Shown here: piece by piece, positions 50,426-61,342 of the stretch | How the letters are laid out: each line of letters starts with the position of its first letter | How positions within the stretch are numbered: position 1 is the first letter of the stretch | NCBI GenBank assembly: GCA_026770705.1 | Contig: JANJGN010000001.1 | Location: 47,430,001 to 47,494,000, forward strand | Origin: Isurus oxyrinchus | Lineage: Eukaryota | Length of the DNA: 64,000 bases | Direction of reading: 5' to 3' | Made by a program: the position numbers and the translations under genes | Notes under the pieces: model-generated | Database searches by the model: none | Seen by the model: only the letters and a program-made list of their open reading frames with translations | What the model was told of the DNA's origin: nothing

Positions 50426-51626
50426 CCTTCAGGATGAAAGACAGAGATGAGTGAGTTAGAATAGGTGTTCTAAGGACCTCTCTTGGGTAAGTCTGAAGAC
50501 CCCTTAATACACCCCAGAGAGTGCTGGCCACCACTTGGATGGCCAGAGTTTGGTGCACTGTATGGCTGCCCGAAGCCCCACCCACCTCTGCCCCACTCCA
50601 CCTGACCAATTGGTGGCAGCTTCACCCATTGAACTGCGTGCTGTGCTCTCAGCTCAGGCACAGGCATTCTCCTAACCCGCACTGCAAGGCTGCACTGTTA
50701 GCTTGAACCATGGGGGAGACTGGTCCAAACCGGGATGATGACATTGCAAGGGGCTGTAAGCGCCTCCACCAGTGACTGCTCCACAGCCAGCTTTAGCAAG
50801 GAGATTGTACAATGTGTGCAGTCGTCCAACAGTTCTGCAGTCCAGTAAAACACTCATTAATTTGCAGCCTGTGCCCAAGGGATGAAAAGTTCTGGAGCAC
50901 TTGGTGGCACTTTCATGCCCTGTGTTGCTTGAATGGGCTGATAAGCTTGAGGCCCACCTCCGCACATGTCAATGTCTCAGCTGCAAAGGAATGGTCACTT
51001 TATACAAGGTTCCCTAATGCATGGCCACTTCCCTCTCCCCCATCCCGCATGTGCTTGTGCACTACCATCAACCACAGGGCAGCCCTTGTCCTCACCCCCT
51101 CCAATGTGCCTTAACCTTGAAGTCCAACAAGCAACCCAGGCAAGCGCTGCACAACGTTACTGTGTACTCACCTCTGAGTTCCCCTGAAGGTGCAGCCCAC
51201 CATGTTCATGCCTTATATATGCTGTGAAACACATTAGCGTGCAATCACGCCATTATGCATGGACGATCAGCGGGGGAAAGGAGGTGGGGAATGATTCCAG
51301 TGGGCTGGCCTTATAATGATATGCAGATGTATTACAATGAGGTTCCCGACATTTGATGGCGGGAAACCACTGCAAAAGGGTTTCACGAAGCTCTGAAACC
51401 GATTTCTAGCCTTCTTGTCATATTGTCCACTTTCGTCATCAAGCACGCCTGACACCAGTGGGCACAGAAAGTTCCGCCCTAGGTCTCCTTTAAGTTAGTG
51501 TGAAAACAGAATGTCCAGGATAGGGGGCTAGTGGTAATCAGACTAACTGTCTGGAGGCGGGCCCATGTTGTTTGTATTCAAAACCGATTGAAACGCAAGT
51601 GACAGGTTTCACACCTTGCCACAAAA

Positions 51627-51661
51627 GGGGGCGGGGGGGGGGGGGGGGGGGGGGGGGTGGG
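51627..51661 (+). repeat. Poly-G tract (G-quadruplex-prone)
   Basis: More than 30 G with only two interruptions. Confidence 0.9.
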
Positions 51662-51947
51662 CAGCTGTTTTTGTAAAGGCGCAGAGACACAGTGATACAG
51701 AGGGACAAAGGAACAGAACTGCTGGGATGTTTTGAGATTTAAGGCATAAGGAGTCGTCAAGGTTGGCCTTGCTTGTGGAAGTCTGTTCTGGATTACTCCA
51801 ACAGAGTAGAAGGATTCCTGAAGAACATCGGAAGGTTTGACCTGATGTAGGAGGGAGACATGAGCCTGCTGGAAGCTTGGAGTGCCTTACAACTTCACCT
51901 TGAATTAACATCCTGCTGCCAGAAGCGTGCCATAAAGTACAAAGATA

Positions 51948-52440
51948 GGCTTGAATTTTTCCCTCATCGGGCGCGTGCGGGCCCGGGAGCGTTCGGAAAA
52001 CGGCTGCAATCAGCTCCCGACCGCTAGCTAGCCAATTCATGGCCAGCCGGCGTGAAATGCATGCTAAAAAGCTCAGCGCTGCCGGGGTGGGGGCAGAAAG
52101 AGAGTGGGCGACACAAGACCGCGGGCGCAGGTGAGGGCTTCGAGAGAGCTCCCTGAAGGCAGACAGCTGCCTCAGGGAGCAGCAGACTTGAAAATGATCA
52201 AATAAAGCATTAAAAAGCTGCAAAAAAATGTTCATGCAGCACAATCAAGCACCTGAAAGCATAGCTCATAAAAATGCTGTCCCCAGTTAGTTCTTTTTAT
52301 TTTATTTCCTGAGGGAGAGTTCATCCCGCCCTTGGATGAGGTTGCATCAAAAATGTAAAGCCCGCCTGGCTGATTGGCCCATCCGCCAACTGTAAGGTTA
52401 AACGGGCCGCAAAAAATGGTGTTCGATTGCACCGTTAATA
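51948..52440 (-). mobile_element. Multi-hairpin MITE, truncated
   Basis: TIR ggcttgaatttt; reverse-complement homologue of 37700-38235. Confidence 0.8.
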
Positions 52441-52654
52441 ATGCATATTTCAATTGCGTTAATTAGTTAATGCAAAAGTACGTCTTCTTTAAGTTGATGT
52501 ATTAGTTACCTGTTAAGTACTATTTGACCGATTTTATTTTAATTTGTTTGTTATAAGTCTTAAGTATGAAATCTTATCCTGTGATTCTTTCCATCAGCCA
52601 CTGGGAAATTCACCACTTTTTTTAAAAAGTTATTGCTCTCTTTGGGGATCGTAA

Positions 52655-53978
52655 CTACATGCACCAGGTCAGAAACTCACACTTTGGAGGGTCAGTAAGA
52701 CATTTATTTGGATTTTCAAATGGTGACTCATACTTCAACAAGTGAGCCAGAACAGATGGTGCTGACAGGGACAGCAGTGGAGAGTTGGCATTGAAGGGCA
52801 CATCCCTCTTCAAGCTCCACTTAGCTGGACAGATACTGTACCCCAAGGCTGTCATTGAAGAGAGAATCACTGAGGCTCCGCAGATAATGTGTGATATACT
52901 GACAGGACTTCAAAGTCGGGTCATTATAGCTACAGAGGTATTGGAGGAATCTAGCCCAAGCAAGAAGGTGGTGATGTCACCGGTCAAATGCTGTCTTCTT
53001 CCATGGATAGAGTGGCCAGTGTCAATCAAATAAGTCCACGCATGCCTTCAACACCTCCATGCAGACTCTGGATGCCAAATGTCTGCTGAAAAATGGGTTG
53101 AATAGATATCTTAGCCTTGGCCTTACAGGGCCGCACTGATCTACATCCTGTGCTCTAGTGCAGTGGTAGCGGTAAAATGTGGCTGGCCCATGAGACGGAT
53201 GATGGTGAAACAGGTCACGGAATCAGGGTGCCATCAAAATGTTTCCATTTCTCACCCACAGTCCACCTCTTAGTCAAGGAGACCAAGCCATACATGGCGC
53301 TTTAGGCACAAGGTCTTTCAGATTGTGGTGTTTCCCGCCCTGTCATCTGAAGAACACATCTTCACCGGTCCCAGATGCCCTGCAAGCATTTAACGCTCCA
53401 TAGGGTGTTCATTGCCTGAGGTCGAGACTTCGTCCCCTATCTAGGGAGGAAGTCCCATCTTAGAGAACTGCCAGCCAATCTGCAGCTCAAGCAGTGCCAG
53501 GTTCGAGCACTGGCCACTGCTGGGACTACAGCAGTTGCAAAGAAGAAGTAGTTATGGGTGCCAGATTTCAGGTAAGTTCAGGGTATTGGTGGGGCTCGGC
53601 TGAGGAGGGTGGGGGTGCCGTGTTTGAGAAGTGGGGGGAGTATGAAAGTGGGGGTGTGGTGCCTCCAATGGACACAGTGGACCAAAAAAGGAAGTTTCTA
53701 CCCCCTTGCCCAACATTAGTTCACGCATTAAATGCTGCCAGGCCACCCCAACAGGCAAGGGTTTCCCCTTGCAATGGGTAATATAGAGGCAGGGATGGTG
53801 GGGTGCTCAGAATGAGGCATTTAAGTAGCCATTAATTAGTCAATGCCTCCACCTTCTCCTTAAAATGGGAGTCAGATTGGGGCTGCTGAGAAGGCGGCAT
53901 GCAGGCCATACATGCATTTTACAAGCCCCACCCTCCCCACCTTCAAACTGGCAGGCGGGGGACCATATAATTTCACCC
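52655..53978 (+). mobile_element. Decayed Harbinger pieces: possible Myb exon-3 fragment and a MITE-like right end
   Basis: MCDILTGL..LEES..SSMDRVAS resembles the exon-3 coiled coil of element D; right end taatttcaccc at 53978. Confidence 0.4.
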
Positions 53979-53984
53979 TAGATG

Positions 53985-55003
53985 TGGGCTTATTAAGGCC
54001 CTAGAAAATTGTATTAAGGCTTCTGCATCCTTATGCTCCAAGTCCCTTGCAATAAATATTAATATACCATTTACCTTCCTAATTGCTTACTATACCTGCA
54101 TGTTAACTTTCTATGTTCACCCAAATTCCTCTGAATGCCAACATTTACTCATCTCTCACTATTTAAAAAATGATCTGCCTTTCAATTCTTCAAACCAAAT
54201 TGGATAATTTCACATTTCCCCATGTAAAACTTCTCATGCCAATCTGAAAATAATCAGTTTATTCCTATCCTCCATTTTCTGTTCATTAACCAACCTTCAA
54301 TCCAGTTTAACTATTACCTTCAATCCCATGAGCCTTAATTCTGTGTGGCATGTTCTTCTGTGGAACCTCATTGATTGCTTTCTGACAACCCAGATATACT
54401 ACATCCACTGGTTACCCTTCATCGACCTTGTCAGCCACAAACACAAAAAAGTCCAATGGCATTGTCAAATACAGTTTCCCTTTCCTAAATCCATATTGAC
54501 TTTGCTTAGTCATATTATGATTTTCTAAGTACCCTGTTGCCACAGGCTTATTAATGGATTCTAGGGTTTTTTCTAATACTGATGTCGGGATAGCTGACCT
54601 TGAGCTCCCTGTTTCCTCTCTCCTTCCTTTCTTAAGCAGCGAGGTTATGTTTATTATTTTTCAATCCATGGGGGCCATTCTAGAATCTAGAGAAATGCTG
54701 GAAGATCAAAGCCAATGCACCTCGTAACTCTGAACTATCTTTTTTAAAACCGTGGGATGTAGGCCATCAAGTTCAGGAGATTTGCCAGCTTTTAGTACCA
54801 ATAATTTCTCTAGTACTTTTTCTTTACTAATTACTAATTACTTTAAATTCCCACTTTCATTAGACCCTTGGTTCTCCACTATTTCCGTCATGTTTTTGTA
54901 TCTTTTACTGTGAAGCTAGATAAAAAATATTTGCTTAACATCCCTGCCATTTCTTTAATCTCCATTGCAATTTCTCATCTCCCGGCCTCTCAGTGACCCA
55001 CAC
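53985..55003 (-). mobile_element. Decayed CR1 ORF2 fragment
   Basis: Reverse complement gives DVVYLG..KAI, SQYGFRKG and PLLKKG-type motifs; similar to 62990-63800. Confidence 0.78.
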
Positions 55004-55004
55004 T

Positions 55005-56758
55005 TACAGAATCGTCCTGTCCCCTTGGTGTTGGGCATCATGGCGGGCGTAAGTGGACAATATGGCTAGAATGACAAAAGTTAGTTTCACACTGTTGTGA
55101 AACCAGTTTGTGATCGTCCACTCCACCCGTCAATGATGGGCTGTGTTTCCCGCCACCACACATCAGGAACCTAATTTTAATAGTTCAGCATCTCATTATA
55201 AGCCCTGCTCACCGGAATCATCCCCCCATGTCAAATTTACCACCCGCATTGGCATGACTTCATGACTGCCTTTAAAAGGTGTGCACCTGGGGAGCTGAAC
55301 TTTGAGAGGAACTCGGAGTTGAGTGCACACAACCTTACGCAGCACTCATGAGCATTGCCCATAGGACATCAAAGAATAGGCGGCACACATTCAGTCGGGA
55401 GAGGGACACGGGCAAGTCGCTTTTTCCTGGTTGGCTTTCAGTGCTGGGGCAAAGGCTCCAAAGTGGTGAGACTGGAGAGAGTGCGGACTGCAAGGCAGCC
55501 CAGGCTGATAGAAGTAAACAAGCACATGCTGGGGTTGGGAGGCAGGGGGTGGAGTTGAGGGAAGTGGCCATGCACTTGGAAAAGCTTGTCAAATGTGAGA
55601 ATTCTTCCACAGCTGGGACCGGACTGCAGCAGTTCCACTGACATGCTTGGAGTCGTCTGTCTGAAGCTTTGCTGCCCATTCAAGCAATGCAAAAGCATAA
55701 AAATACCAGCAAGTGCTCCAGAAGTTTTCACCCCTCAGGCACAGACTACAAATTAATGTGCGTTTTGAGGGCAGCAGAGCAAGTGGACAACTGGACAAGT
55801 TGTAGAATCCCCTTGCAAAAGCTGGCCATGAACCAGTCACTGGTGGAGGTGTTCAGAGCCCCATGCAATGTCTTTATTAAGGTTTGGACCATAGCCCTCA
55901 TGGTTCAAGCTAACAATGTAGCCTTGCAGTGCAGGTTAGAAGAATGCCTGCGCCTGGGCTGAGAGCACATCATGCAGTCCAATGGCTGAAGCTGCCACCA
56001 ATCGTTCAAGTGAAGTGGGGTGGAGGTAGGTGGGGTTTCAGGCAGCCAGGAAGCACACTACACACTGGCCACCAAGTGGTGGCCAGCACTTTCCTGCATG
56101 TGTGAAGAGGCTTTCAGGGTTAACCAAGAGAGGTTCTTAGGACACATATGTTAATCCACGCGACTCTCTCTTTGATGCTGCAGGAGGAGAAGTCTGGTGA
56201 TTTAGCGGTATGCCTCATGGCTTACAGGGAGCTGAGAAGAGGAAGTGAACAGCGGAGGAGCCTGTCAGGGCAAAGGGAGGAGCACCACCCTCAAGATGAA
56301 GGGGCAGCAAGGTCTCCTACGGAAGCAGCTGAAGATCCACAGAGAGCCGTCGCTTGTATGCGCCTCGCTAGACGGCGCTTATCATGCCTGCAGATGACCG
56401 AGAACTTGTGTCTCATTCATCGCCAGTGAATGCGTGATGGCCTTGTAAGTGTGTGAGTTCAGAATGATGAGGTGGTTGCCTTAACCTAACAGCACAGATG
56501 AGATCATTCATCGGTTTTCTGCACTGGATGGCCGGCCTCTTGTGAGCAACGCTGGCACTGACCACCTCTGCCACCGCCTCCCAACCTGGTGTGGTGACAT
56601 TGATGGACCTCCTGCGGCCAGAATGGAGGTCGAGGACATTGTAGTGGGCTTCCACAGCATCCAGGGATGGGTCACTGAATCAGGGGGCTGCAATCTTCCT
56701 GGCTTTTGGGGCCATATCTTCACCGAAGCAGTGCTGGGCTACAAGCGTTGAGAAGTGT
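55005..56758. mobile_element. Harbinger element C: internal-deletion derivative of a B-like family
   Basis: TIR remnant cagaatcgtcc; transposase promoter, intron and 5' exon (+, ~56170-56412) joined directly to Myb exon 1 (-, ~56720-56485: PGWEAVAEVVSASVAHKRPAIQCRKPMNDL). Confidence 0.85.
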
Positions 56759-56766
56759 GAAACATA

Positions 56767-57442
56767 GGGAAGAATTTTCTGATCTGTGAACAGGGGCAGG
56801 GCCCTCTTGCCGATGTGCAAAACGACGTGTGGTGATATCGGGCGGGCATCCCGATGTCATTGCGCGTCGTTTAGATTTTAAGTTCGGTGGACGCACAGCT
56901 GAGTTGACCTGTTTAAAACTAATCAACTCAATCAAATGAGCTGCCCGTCCAACCTTAAGGTTGGTGAGCAGGGAAAGAGCCCAGGCGGCCTTCGCATTTT
57001 TCATGGAACCTCATCCATGGGCCAGATGAGGTTTCATGAGGTATTTATAAATTAAATAAATTTTTTAATTAATATTCCTTGACATGTCCCAGCTCATGTG
57101 ACATTGTTACACGAGGGGACATGTCTTAAAATATTTTCAATTCTTTATTTAAATGTTTGAACCTTAAACAAATCTCCCTGGGGCACCTCTGTGCCTCAGG
57201 GAGATTTCTGCGCTCTTTCACGTGCATGCGCAAAACAGCACAGACCCCAACTCAGAGAATTACCCCACCCCCCCCCCCCCCCATCCCCCACCCGCACATC
57301 ATGCGAGCGTCATGCTGGGTGGGCCTTAATTGGCCCGCCCACGTAAAATGATGGCACGCACCCGATCGGGGGCGCTGGTTGGGTTCACAATCACTCCCGC
57401 CCGCTCCCGCACAATCCCCCCGACAGGGGGAAAGTTCAGCCC
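56767..57442 (+). mobile_element. Multi-hairpin MITE, full length
   Basis: TIRs gggaagaattttc / gaaagttcagccc; TSD ATA/CTA (one mismatch). Confidence 0.86.
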
Positions 57443-58952
57443 CTAGAAACATAGAAACTAGGAGCTGAAGTAGGCCATATGACCCTCCGAGCCTGCTGCA
57501 CCATTCAATATGATCATAGCTGATCCTCTATCTTGATGCCATATTCCCACTTTCTCGCCATACCCGTTGATGTCCCTAACGTCCAAAAAATTATCAATTT
57601 ATTTCTTGAATATACTCAGTGACCCGGCCTCCACAGAATTCCACAGGTTGACCACCCTCTGAGTGAAGAAATCTTTCCTCATTTCAGTCCTAAACGGCCT
57701 GCCCCGTATCCTGAGACTGTGGCTCCTGGTTCTAGACTCCCCAACGTTGGGGAACATCCTCCCTACATCTAGTCTGTCTAGCCGTGTTATATGTTTCAAT
57801 CAGATCCCCTCTCATTCTTCTGAAATCTAGTGAATACAGGCCCAGTCAAACCAATCTCTCCTTATACGACAGTCCTGCCATCCCCAGTATCAGCCGAGTG
57901 AACATTTTGCTGCACTCCCTCTATGGTAAGCATTTCCTTTCTTAAGTAGGGAGACCAAAACTGCACCCAGTACTCCAGGTGTGGTCTCATCAAGGCACCT
58001 GTATAACTGCAGTAAGACATCCCTACTTCTGAACTCAAACCCTTTTGCAATAAAGACCAACATACCATTTACCTTCCTAATTGCTTGCTGCACCCGCCTG
58101 TTTACTTTTATTGACTGGCATACGTCCTTGTAGACCTTGGTGTCCTTACCCAGGCCCCTTTTTACATCCACATTTCCCAATATATCACCATTTAAATAAT
58201 ACTCTGCCTTTCTGTTTTTCACACCGAAGTATATAACTTCACATTTATCCATGTTATACTGTACCTGCCATGTGTTTGTCCACGCACACAACTTGTCTAA
58301 ATCGCCCTGAAGCCTCCTTGCATCCTCCTCACAAATCACAGCCCCATCTAGTTTTATGTCATCAGCAAACTTGGAAATACTGCATTTGGTTCACTCATCC
58401 AAGTCATTTATATATATTGTGAATAGCTGGGGCCCAAGCACTGATCCCTGCGATACATCACTAGTCATTGCCTGCCACTGCCACCTGGAAAAAGATCCAT
58501 CTATTCCCAATCTCTGGGCTGAATTTTCTGGTTGACTGGGTTGGGGGGAGGGGGCGGGCAGGCACTCCGCCATTTTACGCCCTGGGTCTAGTGAGGCGCA
58601 TACAAGCGACATCCCTCTGTGCATCTTCAGCTGCTTCTGGAGGAGGCCCTGCTGCCCCTTCATCTTGAGGGTGGTGCTCCTCCCTTTGCCCTGACAGGCA
58701 CCTCCGCCGCTCTCTTCCTCTCTTCTGCTCCCTGTAAGCCAAGAGGCATACCGCTAGATCACCAGCCTCTATGATCCTGATAATCTCCTCCTGCAGCATC
58801 AAAGAGAGAGATGCATGGATTTACTTAATGCCCACCCAGCGTAAAGCAGGGAGCAGGCGGGCGGTGGCAGGAGTGCATTGTCCACCAAGTCCAATGATGA
58901 CCCGTTGGCCTGTTTATATGAAGCGCTGGCAGCCTTTGCAAGGAGGCTCACA

Positions 58953-61342
58953 ATGGCAAGTGAAAGGGCTCACCAGAGGGCTTCTGCTGAACAGGCCAGT
59001 GCGGAGGATAGGCCAGCGGAGCCGTCGCGGCTGGAGAGTAGGGTGGGGGGCCAGTGTGCCCTTTGTTTCTTGGATGAGTGCCTTGCTGCCCTCCTCAAGG
59101 AGGTGGCAGCACAGCGGGAGGTGCGGGAGGTGCTGGTTCCCCAGGATGGGAGGAGGAGGCCGCTCCACATGACGAAATGTGCCTGGGAGGAGGTGGTGAG
59201 CTCCTGCAACATGGTGCTGTGCACCTGGATCTGGTGTCACAAGCGCTTCAACAATTTATTGCATTCTGGCAGGGTGAATACCATGTTGGCATTGGGCATT
59301 TAACCCAGCAGCTCGGCTTACTCCCCTGCTACCCCACCCACCCACCACCAACACCCCAACCACCTCCCACCCCCAAGCCTGAGTGTAGTAACTGCATTGA
59401 ATCATTGATGACGTTTGTCCTTTGCTGAGAGGGCCAGCAGATATTGCCCATGCTGAGGCCACCCTGAGAGGGTGATGAGGAGATGTGTTTTGCCCCTGCA
59501 GCTTGTGTTACACTGAATCCCACATGACTGGTGTGGGGGCAACCTGGAGAAGCTGCACCTAGGTGCTGTGTTAGTACTCCAGGACATGTCCTAGTCAGAG
59601 TGATGAGATGGCAGAAGGGGAGCCTCAAGGTGCCATGGCAATGAACCATCTGCTGCCCTCTGCACTCCACGTGCTTGCACCTCCTTGCTATGGAAGGATA
59701 TACCGTGTGGTGCCTAATGTGATGTAGGCAGCACGTGGCCAAGTGGGAGGTGGGTGGGGAACAGGCCCAGCATTTTTGTATGTTGAGTGTTCGGCAGCAG
59801 CGGGGTGAGGAGGCACGGAACCCTGCAATGTCCCCACTCTCCGTGGCGCCAGCAATTGGAATACTGTCTCTCATTTTAAGAAGAAGAATGCTCATAACGC
59901 GGCAGAGCGTGCGAGGACTGGCACTGGCCAGGTGCAGATTGCCATTCTTAGCCACTTTGAGCAGGAGGCCCTGGATCTGGAGAGGCGCCTTGCACCAAGG
60001 CCCACTGATGTCAATGAGGCTGGGGTGCCATTGCCAGGTATTTATGCCCAGCAGTGAGGTCAGCCTTGTCCTTCCTTCAGCCGTAGCAGTGCTGAATGTT
60101 AAATGATGTAATTTTGCAACATGGCTTGACCATTGCTTATGGAAGGATGAGCACATAATAATCCAGGGGACAGGGAGGAACTTTGCCATTGTCTCCACGT
60201 TAACCGATCCACTGTCCTTGTTCTTCCTTTCAGCATCAGCATCAGTGGAGCAGGGCAGGGAGGAGGAGCAAAAGATGCCCACTTTCACACCTGAGGGGCC
60301 TGAAGTCTCACCAGCATCACACCATTTCTGTGAGGCAGGCACCAGTGTAGGTACTGGCATCTCAGTGGGAATTCGAACATCGGCTAGTGTCCCGGGGCAC
60401 AGCGGTGAGGGCACTTCACAGTCCCTGGAGGAGCTGGCAGGGACAGAGAGTGCCCATGGCGCCAGCAGTTGGAGGACTGCAGGGGACCAGGCACATGATC
60501 AGTCGGTGCCTGATGATGTGTCTCTGGAGTCATCCACGATGCAGCAGATGCAGGAAATGCGGCCAGGTGTGCGGGAGCATCTGGTGGAGATACATGAGGC
60601 TATGCTTGGCTTAGCCTCTGCTGTAGAGGAGTCTATGCAGATTATCGCTGAAGCAATGAGCCACATGTCCGAGCGCCATGCGTCCTCTATGGAGAGAATG
60701 CCAACTCTCATGGAGAGGGTCCTCCAGGAGACCAATCAGGGCTTCCTGGGGATGCGCTCGGACCAGCAAGCCCTCACATTGGCAATGACCTCAGCTGGTC
60801 AGTGCCAGTGTTGGAGATGGTCTGAGCATCAACTTTCCCAGTTCAGTGCCCATCCATCCACGGTGAGCAGGGAGGTCCAAAGCAACCTCAAGTCAGCGCA
60901 GCAGCTGCCTGGCATCTCTGCGGGCTTCTCTCAGGGCACTCCAGATGAGGGCAGCAGAACCTCCACCTCTCTCCCAGTGACTATATCATCTGGTGAGGCT
61001 GCGACAACTGGGGAGATGCCAGCTGTGGAACCAACTGCTCCCTCCCAGGCGGGGCCAGCACGGGTTCCACGGGCCAGAGGACGTCCGCCAAGGTCATCGA
61101 GGTCAACAGGACAGCAGAGTCAGCATATGAAATTCAGATATGTCACTCTGGTTCAGGGTGCCTCTTTTCTTCTGCATGTGTATGGTTTCCAAAACTGTAA
61201 TGAGTGCTTTGTTGGACATTCAGCTTTATTAAAAAGGCCCCTAGTGACTGTTCCTAACCTGGTAGATTTTGCACTTAGGTGTCAAGTATCTAGCCTACAG
61301 CCCAGGCTTGTCCTGGTAGACAATCTGTGGTGTCCTGGCTGA
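58953..61342 (+). CDS. Harbinger Myb/SANT DNA-binding protein, spliced ORF open (~528 aa)
   Basis: Exons 58953-59273 (phase 0, GT), 59881-60037 (phase 1, AG/GT) and 60234-61342 join in frame without stops; AWEEV..W..CHKRFNNL, ERARTG and RGRP motifs. Expression unknown. Confidence 0.65.

Larger units (their letters stand above)
46686..51479. mobile_element. Harbinger element B, full structure, decayed
   Basis: Imperfect TIRs gggcgtaatcgtc / gaaagttccgccc; Myb (+) and transposase (-) converge; TSD not recoverable. Confidence 0.88.

Noticed and set aside
51609-52244. 211-aa minus ORF with poly-proline
   Set aside because: A chance ORF spanning a MITE and the poly-G tract.
59329-60414. 361-aa minus ORF as a third Harbinger gene
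   Set aside because: Antisense shadow over Myb introns and exons, with no domain and no counterpart in elements A or B.
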